Shown one piece after another: positions 21,294 to 31,027 of a stretch of DNA of 64,000 nt (its first letter is position 1; every line of letters begins with the position of its first letter). The notes beneath the pieces are model-generated. The model made no database searches. It worked only from the letters and a program-made list of their open reading frames with translations, and was not told the DNA's origin. Source of the stretch: an uncultured bacterium (lineage in GTDB: Bacteria > Acidobacteriota > Thermoanaerobaculia > Multivoradales > JAHZIX01); contig CBDUPA010000004.1 in NCBI GenBank assembly GCA_965368975.1, forward strand, positions 1-64,000, given 5' to 3'. Both the position numbers and the translations under genes were made by a program.

Positions 21294-24050
21294 TCAAATC
21301 TTTCCCGCCTCCACCAGGCTCGGTCCGTAGAGCACGCTGTTGAGCAGCAGCGGCATGGTGGCGCGCCAGAAGCCGCGGAAGGTGGGATCTTGGGCGAAGA
21401 CGACGATGCGACCGGCGCCGACGCTCTCGACGCCGACCAGCAGCGAGCCGGCGAGACGATCGGTGGCTTCGGGCCAGGTGAAGCCGGCGAGGATCGGGTC
21501 GAGGTCGCGCACGCGCAGGACGTCGAGCCTTGGATCGCCACTCGGCAGTAGCACCCGGTCGCCCTGTGCCAGGGTGGCGGGTGGGGCGTCGAGGCCGGCC
21601 GCCAGGGGGTGTTCGGAGCTGAGCGAGCCGGCGACGGCGGCACCGGGGATGTACATGGAGCGCTCGACATCGGGCACGGTGGTGTGCCGGGCGAGCCGGG
21701 GTCGCGGGCTGTCGCTGTCGTCCTCTCCATCACCCAGGGCCTTGACGCTGGTGAGGTCGTGGCTGGCGAGCCAGCCTTGGGCGTTGCCGATGGCGATGAG
21801 CAGGCCGCCGCGCCGCAGCCAGCCGCCGAGGCGCTCGGCGGTGCTGTCGCCGAGGCTGGAGTAAAAGCCCGATGGCAGGATGAGGACGTCGAAGGTGTCG
21901 AGGTCGATGGAACCGAGGCGTTCGACGTCGAGGCGGCTGTGGTCGGCGCCGATCTGCTCGTCCAGGAGGTGCCACAGGCTGCCGTGACCGGTTGGCGAGA
22001 TGCCGCCGCCGGCGAGCAGGCCGATGCGCGGGGCGGACACCGGGATGTGGTTGTCGGAGCCGAGCGCTGGGCCGCTGTCGCTGTAGCCGGTGGTCACCGC
22101 CTGGCCGTGTACGCCCAGGCGGGCGGCGCTCTCGTGCAAGCGAGCGGCGAGGTTGTCACCGTTGCCACGACGCGGAACGATGAGGGTTCCGGCTGGGTAG
22201 TCGCGACCCTCGAGACGGAAGGGCAGCAGGGCCAGGCGATGGCGGACGCCCGTGCGCTGCAGCTCGGCAGCCAGACGGTAGCCGGCGAGACCCTGTGGCG
22301 GGATCAGGTGGGCGACGAGGGTCGCGGAGGCGAGGTCTGTTCCGGAAGGTGCCTGCAGTCCACCCTGCGTGGGCGTGTTGGCGGTCAGGTCTGCGGCGAG
22401 ACCGTCGATCCTCCAGGTCTCGACGCCGTAGGCCAGCGGCAGCGACCAGGCGGTAATGTCGTAGAACTCCAGGTCGAGGTGCTGGTCTCGACGTTCTTGT
22501 TGTCGCTCGATGAAGTCGGCGGACAGGGTCGCCTCGCGCTGCAGCAGTGCTTCGACCAGTTCGCCGAGGGGCTGGTCGGTGCTGACCGCGTAGGTACCGG
22601 CCGGGAAGGTGTGTGCTTCGTTGCTGTCGGCGGTGGTCGCCTGGCCAGTATCGAGCCGGCGTGCGCTGGCTTGCAGGTCGCGCTCCAGGCGCTGGACGGA
22701 GACGCCGTGACGGTCGAGCAGCTCAGCCAGGGCGGCGCCTTCGGGCTGTTCGGCGGGCCACAGATAGGTGCGCTCGGCGGGGCGCCGATGCCGACCGTCG
22801 ACGAAGCTGTCGAGCAATTGGCGGCGCTGCGACGCGGCGGTCGCGACTGTGGCCAGGGAACTGGTGGCGTGGCGGGCGGCACGGTCGGCGAGCGTCAGAG
22901 TGCCGCCGCCGGAGAGATCGACGCTCTGGCCGGCACGGCCGCCGCCGGCCATTTCGTAGGTCATGCCGATCGCCTGGCGCAGGCCGGGGTAGCTGTCGCC
23001 GTAGCCGGGGTAGAAGAGGTCGAAGTACTCGGCCTTGAAGTAGATCCAGCCCTGGCGCTCGAAGGCGGCGGCGTTGCCGCGGCCGAAGGCGTCGAGCCAG
23101 CTTTGCAGGCGGGTGTCGAGCAGATCGTGGATGGGGGCGGCCGAGGGTGGGAAGAAGTAGGTCGACTCGCGGCCCATCTCGTGCAGGTCGACGAAGACGT
23201 GCGGCTCCCACTGACGGTAGGCGGCGAGGCGGTGGCGGGTCTCCAGCTGTGTCGCCCAGGCCCAGTCCCGGTTGAGATCGAAGAGATAGTGATTGAAGCG
23301 CCCCCCCGGCCACGGCTCGCCGTGCTCGTAGCTGTCCGGGTCGCTGTCCGGCTGCCGGCCGCGACGCTGTACGAAGCCGTGGACGTAGCGCTCGCGGCCA
23401 TCCGGATTGAGCAGCGGGTCGAGCAGCACCACGGTGTTGTCCAACTGGTCGGCGACGGCACCACCGCCAGCCGCCAGCACGTAGGCGGTGACCATGGCGG
23501 CTTCGGTCGACGAAGATTCGTTGCCGTGCACGCCGTAGCCGAGCCAGACGATTACCGGTGCGCTGTCGAGCAGGCGCCGGCGTTCGTCGGCATCGAGGCC
23601 GTCAGGGTCGGCCAGGTGCAGCTGATCCTGGCGGATGCGTTCCAGGTTACGCAGATTGTCGGGGCTGGAGATGGCCAGCAGGGTCAGCGGGCGGCCCTCG
23701 TAGGTCTCGCCGTACTGCCACAGGGTCACGCGGTCGGAGGCGTCCGCCAGCGCACGCAGATATTCGAGCACCCGGTGGTGCTGTGTGAAGCGCACGCCGA
23801 CGGGATACCCGAGCACGGCCGCGGGAGCCGGCACGCTGGGGTCGAGCGGTGGCGTCACCAGTTCGGCGCCGTCGCTGAGCCGGGCGAGGATCGAGGGTGC
23901 TTCGCTGGGGTGGGACTCTTGCGCGCCGAGCGTTGCCGGGACGAGCGTGAGCGCGGCGGCAAGGACACCTGCTGGCAGACCGCTGAGGATGCGCGCCGGT
24001 CGGGTGCTTGCGGGCTGAACGCTGGTGGATCGAGTGGGGCTGGATGTCAT
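21294..24050 (-). CDS. Secreted M14 zinc carboxypeptidase family protein with C-terminal GATase-like domain
   Basis: Signal peptide, GVHGNES, LLNPDG, DLNRDW, DLHEM. Confidence 0.88.
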   Translation of the reverse strand: MTSSPTRSTSVQPASTRPARILSGLPAGVLAAALTLVPATLGAQESHPSEAPSILARLSDGAELVTPPLDPSVPAPAAVLGYPVGVRFTQHHRVLEYLRALADASDRVTLWQYGETYEGRPLTLLAISSPDNLRNLERIRQDQLHLADPDGLDADERRRLLDSAPVIVWLGYGVHGNESSSTEAAMVTAYVLAAGGGAVADQLDNTVVLLDPLLNPDGRERYVHGFVQRRGRQPDSDPDSYEHGEPWPGGRFNHYLFDLNRDWAWATQLETRHRLAAYRQWEPHVFVDLHEMGRESTYFFPPSAAPIHDLLDTRLQSWLDAFGRGNAAAFERQGWIYFKAEYFDLFYPGYGDSYPGLRQAIGMTYEMAGGGRAGQSVDLSGGGTLTLADRAARHATSSLATVATAASQRRQLLDSFVDGRHRRPAERTYLWPAEQPEGAALAELLDRHGVSVQRLERDLQASARRLDTGQATTADSNEAHTFPAGTYAVSTDQPLGELVEALLQREATLSADFIERQQERRDQHLDLEFYDITAWSLPLAYGVETWRIDGLAADLTANTPTQGGLQAPSGTDLASATLVAHLIPPQGLAGYRLAAELQRTGVRHRLALLPFRLEGRDYPAGTLIVPRRGNGDNLAARLHESAARLGVHGQAVTTGYSDSGPALGSDNHIPVSAPRIGLLAGGGISPTGHGSLWHLLDEQIGADHSRLDVERLGSIDLDTFDVLILPSGFYSSLGDSTAERLGGWLRRGGLLIAIGNAQGWLASHDLTSVKALGDGEDDSDSPRPRLARHTTVPDVERSMYIPGAAVAGSLSSEHPLAAGLDAPPATLAQGDRVLLPSGDPRLDVLRVRDLDPILAGFTWPEATDRLAGSLLVGVESVGAGRIVVFAQDPTFRGFWRATMPLLLNSVLYGPSLVEAGKI

Positions 24051-24137
24051 GCTGGTTCTCCTCCGGCCGCTGATCCTACCGGAATCGGTCGCTACCTTTG
24101 GCGAACCTGTTGTTCCGGAACCTGGGGTAAGCCAGCT

Positions 24138-26018
24138 CTAGGGCCTGGTGGTCGCGTGTTCGAAGCGACGGGACAGCGTGAAGGAGAACGTCGAGCCCTC
24201 GCGGAGCTTGGACTCACACCAGATGCGTCCGCCGTGACGGTGCACGAGCGTCTTGACGTAGGCCAGTCCCATGCCTTCTCCCTGGACGTCTCGGTGTTGG
24301 CCGCGGCGGAACGGCAAGAAGATCTTGCTCAGCTCGGCTGGGGGTACGCCGCGGCCATTGTCCTGGATCCGGAAGGTGTACTCGTCGTTGGTGCTCTCGG
24401 CCAGGACTTCGATACGTCCGGGCCGTTCGGGTTCCAGGTAGAGAACGGCGTTGGACAGCAGATTGGTGAGGATCTGCTCCATTGACATCGCGTCGGCCTT
24501 GATGCGCGGCAGCTGGGCGACACGCATCTCGGTCTGTCGCTGCTCCAGCTGGAACGCCAGGATCTCGAGGATCTCGCGCACCATGTCGTTGACGTCGAGC
24601 CACTGAAAGGACAGCTCGCGTCGGCCCTCTTGGGACAGCCGCAGCAGCATGTTCATGAAGCCGTCGATGCGGTTGACCGAGGTGTCGATGAAGCCGAGGG
24701 CCTCAGGAATCTCTTCGTCGAGCAGGTGCACCAGGTGCGCGCCGCTCTCTTCGCCCAGCGGATCGAGTGCCGGTGCGACCAGCCGCCGCACGTCTTCGAC
24801 GTTGGCGCGCAGTTCGCCGGCGAAGCCGCGCATGTTGACCAGCGGTGCGCGCAGATCGTGCGAGATGATGTGCAGCAGAGATTTGAGTTCCTCGTGGGCG
24901 CGTGACAGGTCGGCGGTGCGCTGGTCGACGCGGCGTTCGAGTTCTCGCCGCTCCAGCTGCTGGGCCTGTTCGGCTTGTTTCTGTAAGGTGATGTCCGTGA
25001 TACCGAGCAGCACACGCTTCCAGGTCGTCTCGTGGCCCGAGATGACCAGCACTTTGACCACCGTGTGGATCAGCTGGCCGGTGAAGTCCCGCTGCGGTGC
25101 TTCCAGCGTGAAGGAGGTGTGCCCGGCGCGCAGAAACTCGAGGCTCTCGAGCATGGCGGGCAAGGTCTCGGGCAGCAGGCCGCGGCTGAGCAGGCCGTGG
25201 CGCACCTCTTCCTTGCTGCCGGCCTTGTAGAGTTCGACGGTCGCCCTGTTGACCTCGCTGATGCGGATGTTGCGCAAGAGGTCCCAGGCGACATCCTTGT
25301 TGGCCATCAGGTAGGCGGTGCCGTCTTCGATGCCTTCGGCTGCCAGTGCGTCGAGTCGCTCGCGGACCTGGCTCATGTCTTCTTCGAGCAGCGCACCAGG
25401 GGAGTCCTCGAACAGCTTGCGGAATCGATTCTCGCTGTCGAGCAAGGCTTCGTCGGTGCGCTTGCGCTCGACCTCGGAGGCAGCGCGGGCGGCGAATACG
25501 GTGATCATCGACTGTAGCGTGCGCTTCGGCGGCATCGGCTTGTCGTCCATCACCACCAGCACCCCGATGGGTTCTCGTGCGCGGCCGAACAGGGGCACGC
25601 CCAGGTAGCTCTGGATGTCGAGATCCGCGAGCATCTGGTGCTCGGGGAAGTGGCGCTGCAACTGGTTCGGGAAGCAGCACAGCTGCCGGCCGACCACGTG
25701 CGCGCACGGCGTGACTTCCAGGTCGTACTCGAAGTTGCCGAGGAAGTCCTCGCCGGCCCACACGGCGAGAGTTCGGATACGCTGCGGCTCCAGGCAGATC
25801 AGCTCGCCGACGACGGCGTAGCGCACGTCGAAGGCCTCGGCCATCTGGCGCACCAGGGTGCGAAAGAAATTCTCTCCTTCGTTGACGAACGTGCGCTCGG
25901 CGATCGAGCGCATCACGTCTTCGGCGTGTTCCAGCTCACGGACTCGTTCCTGGAGCTCGCGAAGCTCCGAAGGCAGCTCAGAGTCTGGCTGGGGCCGACG
26001 TGAAGGAGCCGAGGTCAT
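24138..26018 (-). CDS. Cytoplasmic GAF-PAS sensor histidine kinase
   Basis: GAF (SYLGVPL, VFAARAASE), PAS, SHDLRAPLVN H-box, NLLSNAVLY, DNGRGV, GEGMGL. Confidence 0.9.
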   Translation of the reverse strand: MTSAPSRRPQPDSELPSELRELQERVRELEHAEDVMRSIAERTFVNEGENFFRTLVRQMAEAFDVRYAVVGELICLEPQRIRTLAVWAGEDFLGNFEYDLEVTPCAHVVGRQLCCFPNQLQRHFPEHQMLADLDIQSYLGVPLFGRAREPIGVLVVMDDKPMPPKRTLQSMITVFAARAASEVERKRTDEALLDSENRFRKLFEDSPGALLEEDMSQVRERLDALAAEGIEDGTAYLMANKDVAWDLLRNIRISEVNRATVELYKAGSKEEVRHGLLSRGLLPETLPAMLESLEFLRAGHTSFTLEAPQRDFTGQLIHTVVKVLVISGHETTWKRVLLGITDITLQKQAEQAQQLERRELERRVDQRTADLSRAHEELKSLLHIISHDLRAPLVNMRGFAGELRANVEDVRRLVAPALDPLGEESGAHLVHLLDEEIPEALGFIDTSVNRIDGFMNMLLRLSQEGRRELSFQWLDVNDMVREILEILAFQLEQRQTEMRVAQLPRIKADAMSMEQILTNLLSNAVLYLEPERPGRIEVLAESTNDEYTFRIQDNGRGVPPAELSKIFLPFRRGQHRDVQGEGMGLAYVKTLVHRHGGRIWCESKLREGSTFSFTLSRRFEHATTRP

Positions 26019-27499
26019 CGATCCGGTGGATTCTCCGCCAGCTCGGCGAGCAGTGCCGCCAGGTAGTCCCCTAGCACTCTACGTACGGACGAGACGCTGA
26101 CCAACTCGTCGGGCGAGTGCGGGTTGCGGATGGTGGGGCCGAAGGAAATCATGTCCATGCCGGGGATCTTCTCGCCGATCAGGCCGCATTCGAGGCCGGC
26201 ATGGACGGCCGAGACCTCGGGGGCGCGACCGAACATGCTCTGGTACACGGCCTGCGCGCGGCGCAGCAAGGGCGATGCCGGATTGGGTTGCCAGCCGGGA
26301 TAGCCGCGGTCGGAGGAACCGTCGCCGCCCAGGCTGCGGGCTAGCTCGACGGCACGGCTGGTGGTGGTCTCCATGTCTTGCTGCCGCGAGCTGCGGCAGG
26401 CGCTGAGGATCTCGACTCTATCGCCGTCACCTGTACCCGCCGTCGTGCGCACCGTCGCGACGGTGTTGGAGGTCTGCACCAGGTCGGGCAAGTCCGGGCT
26501 CATGGCCAGCACACCGCTGGGCAGCTTGTGCAGGAGCTGTACCAGCCGGCGGCTGGCGTCGGTGCCGAGAGGGGCCGGCAGACGCACGTGGGCGAGGTCG
26601 TCGCGGCTGACCTCGATCACCAGGTCCGGGTCACTGTCGCCGTGCTCGGACCGCGCTGCGTCGCTGGCTGCGTCGACCGCCGCATCGACCGCCGCGGCGT
26701 CGGCAAACAAGATGGCTTCGGCTTCACGCGGGATGGCGTTGCCGGCATTGCCGCCCTGGATGTTGACCAGCTGCACGGCGTCGAGCCGGCGCAGGACGTC
26801 GGCCAGAATCTTGACGGCGTTGGCGCGACCGAGATGGATGTCGACGCCAGAGTGTCCGCCGCGGGCGCCGCGTACGCGCACACGGCAAGCCTGGTGACCA
26901 CCACCGTCGCCGTCGCGCGGGGCTGGGAAGTCGAGGTAGGCGCCGCGTGAGCCGGCGCAACCGATCGTCAGGTATCCCTCTTCCTCGGTATCCAGGTTGA
27001 GCAGCAGGCGGCCGCTGACGATCGACGGATCGAGCGCCTGTGCACCCACCAGGCCGATCTCTTCGCTGACGGTGAACAGGAGCTCGAGCGGACCGTGAGC
27101 TGCCGGAGGGTCGGTGGCCAGCGCCAGAGCGGCGGCCACCGCGACGCCGTTGTCGGCGCCGAGGGTGGTGCCATCGGCGGTCAGGATGTCGCCGTCGAGG
27201 CGCAGCTGCAGCTCGTCGTGGTCGAAGTCGAAGTCCGTGTCGGCGTTCTTTTCGCACACCATATCGAGGTGGCCTTGCAGCACGACCGTCGGTGCCTGCT
27301 CGTTGCCGGCGGTGGCGGGCACGCGGACCACGATGTTGCCGGCGTCGTCGCTCTCCGTGGCGTAGCCGTGACGCTGAGCGATGTCGAGCACCCACTGACG
27401 CACGCGTTCTTCCTTGCGCGGTGCGCGCGGGATGCGACGCAATTCGTCGAAGTGGGCCCACAGGGCCTTGGGTTCGAGATGCTGGATCGAGTCGCTCAT
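26015..27499 (-). CDS. pepD: Aminoacyl-histidine dipeptidase (M20C)
   Basis: LQGHLDMVCEK, GTTLGADNG, EEIGLVGA, NLDTEE, GGHSGVDI, HAGLECG, HSPDE. Confidence 0.93.
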   Translation of the reverse strand: MSDSIQHLEPKALWAHFDELRRIPRAPRKEERVRQWVLDIAQRHGYATESDDAGNIVVRVPATAGNEQAPTVVLQGHLDMVCEKNADTDFDFDHDELQLRLDGDILTADGTTLGADNGVAVAAALALATDPPAAHGPLELLFTVSEEIGLVGAQALDPSIVSGRLLLNLDTEEEGYLTIGCAGSRGAYLDFPAPRDGDGGGHQACRVRVRGARGGHSGVDIHLGRANAVKILADVLRRLDAVQLVNIQGGNAGNAIPREAEAILFADAAAVDAAVDAASDAARSEHGDSDPDLVIEVSRDDLAHVRLPAPLGTDASRRLVQLLHKLPSGVLAMSPDLPDLVQTSNTVATVRTTAGTGDGDRVEILSACRSSRQQDMETTTSRAVELARSLGGDGSSDRGYPGWQPNPASPLLRRAQAVYQSMFGRAPEVSAVHAGLECGLIGEKIPGMDMISFGPTIRNPHSPDELVSVSSVRRVLGDYLAALLAELAENPPDR

Positions 27500-27522
27500 G
27501 CGTTTTCCTCTACGGGTGGGCC

Positions 27523-28740
27523 CTAGCCGGCGTGAACCTTGAGGGTCTCTCCGACGGTGTTCAACATGTGTCGTAGGTGGTCGTAATCCGGGTGTTTGAA
27601 ACGCATCCAGGCGTTGGCCATGTAGCCAGCCTCGACCGGCTGCGTCGGCGTGCCTTCAGGGGGGAGCTTGGCGTCGATCATCCAGTCACCATACGCCTGC
27701 TGGATACGGTCGAGGCCTTCGTAGGCCTGAATGCGACCGTCGCGCGTGGGCCGCAGGTTGACGATCCCGGCGGCGAAGCGCTGGGACGCCCGGCCTGGAC
27801 TCTCGCCGTGCACCAGGCACATCGCCCATTCGCGGTAGACGTCCAGCTCGTTGCCAGCACAGTAGAGATCCCAGGCGCCGACACCCGGCGGCCGGCAGCC
27901 GATCTCGGAGAATTTGAGTCCCTTGGGGCCGTAGAACCATTCCATGTGGGTCGCCGAGGTGCCGATACCGAGGGCTTCGATGACCCGCCGCCCGAGCAAC
28001 TTGACCTCGTCGTAGCTGTCAGCCGCGACCCGGTTGGTGGCGATGAACTGGGGCGAAATCCAACGCGTGCGCATGGCTTCGAGCACGCCGGGGTAGTAGT
28101 GAGTGATGAATTCCTGCGCCACCTTGCCGCCAACGGTCAGGGTGTCGTAGAAGGCCTCGTGGCCTTCGATGAATTCTTCCACCGCCACCGACTGTTGCCC
28201 AACACCCGACTCCTCGATCGCCACCTCCAATTCGGCGGCATTGTCGGCGCGCCACGTTCCGGCGGCACCAGCTGCGTCGCGCGGCTTGAGGATCAGCGGG
28301 TAGCCGACTTCCGCGGCAAAGGCCCGCACCTCGGCGGCATCGTCGGCACCCGTGGAGCGAGCGCACGGAATGCCTGCCTTGCGTAGCGCCTCTTTCATCG
28401 CCGGCTTGTCGCGGCACAGGAAGGCGGTCTGGACGGAGGTGCCCGGGATACCGCATTTCTCACGCACGTGTGCGGCGGCCATGATGTGGGCTTCGATGGT
28501 CGCTTCCAGGCGGTCGACCCACTCGCGCGCCTGCACGCGGCGTACAGCGTCGAGCAGGAGGCCCTCGTGGCAAACGTTGGGCACGTGCTCGTAGCCGTAG
28601 AGCCAGCCGCGCATCTCGGCGGTCAGGTGCTGCGGCGGTACCTCTCCGATGCCGGTGACGCGTGCACCGACCTCGTGTAGGGCGCGCACGAAATGACGTT
28701 GGTTGTGCGGGAAACTGGGTTCGATGAACAGCACGTGCAT
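27523..28740 (-). CDS. ATP-grasp ligase (amino-acid/peptide ligase-like)
   Basis: RDKPAMK, GYPLILKP, VEEFIEG, THMEWF, FSEIGCRPPG. Confidence 0.88.
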   Translation of the reverse strand: MHVLFIEPSFPHNQRHFVRALHEVGARVTGIGEVPPQHLTAEMRGWLYGYEHVPNVCHEGLLLDAVRRVQAREWVDRLEATIEAHIMAAAHVREKCGIPGTSVQTAFLCRDKPAMKEALRKAGIPCARSTGADDAAEVRAFAAEVGYPLILKPRDAAGAAGTWRADNAAELEVAIEESGVGQQSVAVEEFIEGHEAFYDTLTVGGKVAQEFITHYYPGVLEAMRTRWISPQFIATNRVAADSYDEVKLLGRRVIEALGIGTSATHMEWFYGPKGLKFSEIGCRPPGVGAWDLYCAGNELDVYREWAMCLVHGESPGRASQRFAAGIVNLRPTRDGRIQAYEGLDRIQQAYGDWMIDAKLPPEGTPTQPVEAGYMANAWMRFKHPDYDHLRHMLNTVGETLKVHAG

Positions 28741-28919
28741 GACGAAATGTCCTTGCTGTCAGGGCCGTGTTGGGGTGGCGAGAGCAGCCGAAAGCGATGG
28801 ATCGGCGAGTCCTACCGCTGCCGAATCGAAGCTGGTCGAGATAGAGCGTGTCTTTCTCGCGGCTGGTCGATAGAATACGCGTTCTGCCTGGGGAATTCCT
28901 CCCCACGAATCATAGCACC

Positions 28920-29873
28920 GTGCCGACCCTGACTCTGCTGGGACCCCAGCGCCTTCACCCGATTGTCGCTACCACTTTGCGCCGCCTCCCCTCGCTGCGC
29001 GAGTCGGGTAGTGACAACGCCGTGGCCGTGGTGACGGCTGGTTGGCAAGAACGCGAGTCGGAGGTCGACGAGCTGCAGGAGCACGTGCACAGGCCGGTAT
29101 CGAATCTGCGCTTGTATGAGCGAGCCGAGCGCGTGATGCAGGACGGCGATCTGTTCCTGGCTCACCGCCAACGTCAGGATCGTCTCAAAGAGTTGCGTCA
29201 GCTCTACCAGCTGCGCCTGCGTCACGCGATGACCGCGGCGCGGGCGCTGATCTCGCGCGAGGGTGACGACGACTTGCTGGAGCCGGAGCGCGTGGAGGCC
29301 GTAGCGGCAGTGCGCCGCCTGGACCGGCACCACCTCGACCGCGTCCAGGAGGTGCACGACGAATTCCAGGACGCCTGGGGTGAGGCGCTGCTCGAAGCGA
29401 CGCGCGCCGACCGCGACGAGTTGCGCGCGATCCTCTCGGAGAGCGCCGCCTTGTGCATTGCCGGTGGTCACGTGACGGTGCTGCTCAACCGGCTGCGACT
29501 GTTTGGTCTCGGTGAGCTGCTGCGCGAGCTGCCCGATCTGCCGGTGATCGCTTGGTCCGCTGGTGCCATGGTGCTGACCTCGCGTGTCGTGCTGTTTCAC
29601 GACCGGCCACCGCAGGGCTTTGGCAACGCCGAGGTCTTCGAGCACGGTCTCGGCCTGGCTCCACGCGTGGTCGCACTGCCGCACGCCGCCAGCCGCTTGC
29701 GCCTGCAGGATCCGGTGCGTGTCTCTCTGCTGGCCCGGCGCTTGGCGCCTTCAAGGTGCATCGTGCTCGATGCCGGTAGCCGAGTGACCTGGAACGGCAA
29801 ACGCTGGCGCGCCGCGGCAGGCACACAGCGGCTCACCGAGGCCGGTACGCTCGATGAGGCCTTTGCACGATGA
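28920..29873 (+). CDS. Peptidase S51 (peptidase E/cyanophycinase-like, class I GATase fold)
   Basis: IAGGHV, nucleophile elbow AWSAGAM, VALPHA. GTG 28920 preferred. Confidence 0.7.
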   Translation: MPTLTLLGPQRLHPIVATTLRRLPSLRESGSDNAVAVVTAGWQERESEVDELQEHVHRPVSNLRLYERAERVMQDGDLFLAHRQRQDRLKELRQLYQLRLRHAMTAARALISREGDDDLLEPERVEAVAAVRRLDRHHLDRVQEVHDEFQDAWGEALLEATRADRDELRAILSESAALCIAGGHVTVLLNRLRLFGLGELLRELPDLPVIAWSAGAMVLTSRVVLFHDRPPQGFGNAEVFEHGLGLAPRVVALPHAASRLRLQDPVRVSLLARRLAPSRCIVLDAGSRVTWNGKRWRAAAGTQRLTEAGTLDEAFAR

Positions 29874-31015
29874 GCTTGGCGATCCACCGCTTGCTCGAAT
29901 CGGAGCCGGGGCGCGAGGGGTTCGACGCCTTCGTCGAGGCGCACGACTTCCCGCTCGCCGAGGGCAGCAACGTGACCTTCGTATACCGCGGCAAGGCCGA
30001 TCGCGTCGAGCTGCGGCACTGGATCTACGGCCTGCCATCGGCGCAGCCGTTCCAGCGCGCGTCGGTCTCGGGTGCCAACTCGGACTTCTGGTACTTGGTG
30101 ATGACGCTGCCGCCGAAGTCGCGCGTCGAGTACAAGATCGACGTCATCCGCGGTGACAACCACCACTGGATCCGCGATCCGCTGAATCCGCACCTGGCAC
30201 ACGATCCCTTCGGTGCCAATTCGGTATGCCACGGAGAGGGCTACAGCGTGCCGGCGTGGGCGCGGCTGGACCCCGAGTCCCGCGCGGGCGAGCTGCACAA
30301 ACTGGCGATCACCAGCGATGTCTTCGGTGAGCGCCGCGAGGTGCAGGTCTACTTGCCGGCGCGCTTCCGCCGCCGCCGTCGCTACCCGCTGCTGATCGTC
30401 CATGATGGCGCCGATTACTTGCGCTTCGCCAACCTCAAGGCGGTGCTCGACAACCTGATCCATCGACAGGAGGTGCGCGGTCTGATCGCGGTCTTGACGC
30501 ACTCCTCCGACCGCCTGCGCGAGTACGCCAACGATGGCCGGCATGCGCGTTTCCTGGCAGAAGAGGTCGTACCGCTGTTGCAGCGCCGCTTACCGCTGAT
30601 CGACGATCCCGATGCGCGCTGCCTGATGGGGGCCAGCTTCGGCGGTGTCGCCAGCTTCTCCACCGCCTGCCGCTACCCGGGCTTCTTCGGCCGCCTGTTG
30701 CTGCAGTCCGGTTCCTTTGCCTTTACCGACATCGGACCCAATCCGCGCGGTCCAGCGTTCGATCCGGTGGTGCGTTTCATCAACGAATATCGCCGCGAGC
30801 CCAAGAAGGTGAGCGAACGCGTGTTCCAGAGTTGCGGTGTCTACGAGTCGCTGATCTACGAGAACCGCTCGATGCTGCCCCTTCTCCAGTCCACAGGAAT
30901 GGAGGTACGCTATACGGAAGCCCGGGACGGTCACAACTGGGAGAATTGGCGCGACCGCTTGCGGGAAGGGCTGAGCTGGCTCTTTCCGGGACCGCTCTGG
31001 ATGGTTTACGAATAA
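29870..31015 (+). CDS. Fes/enterochelin-esterase-like alpha/beta hydrolase with N-terminal E-set (CBM48-like) domain
   Basis: EYKIDV...RDPLNP, VYLP, HDGADY, GASFGG, QSGSF, GHNWENW. Confidence 0.85.
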   Translation: MSLAIHRLLESEPGREGFDAFVEAHDFPLAEGSNVTFVYRGKADRVELRHWIYGLPSAQPFQRASVSGANSDFWYLVMTLPPKSRVEYKIDVIRGDNHHWIRDPLNPHLAHDPFGANSVCHGEGYSVPAWARLDPESRAGELHKLAITSDVFGERREVQVYLPARFRRRRRYPLLIVHDGADYLRFANLKAVLDNLIHRQEVRGLIAVLTHSSDRLREYANDGRHARFLAEEVVPLLQRRLPLIDDPDARCLMGASFGGVASFSTACRYPGFFGRLLLQSGSFAFTDIGPNPRGPAFDPVVRFINEYRREPKKVSERVFQSCGVYESLIYENRSMLPLLQSTGMEVRYTEARDGHNWENWRDRLREGLSWLFPGPLWMVYE

Positions 31016-31027
31016 GGAACAAACGTA

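Noticed and set aside
21609-24485. 958-aa plus-strand ORF and many other long antisense or alternate-frame ORFs (e.g. 13598-15253, 30590-32260, 51057-52622)
   Set aside because: Shadow ORFs of high-GC coding genes; no motifs, and they fully overlap well-supported CDS.
29870-31015. Siderophore utilisation role for the Fes-like esterase
   Set aside because: No iron-uptake genes or Fur box nearby; the context is ATP-grasp and peptidase genes.
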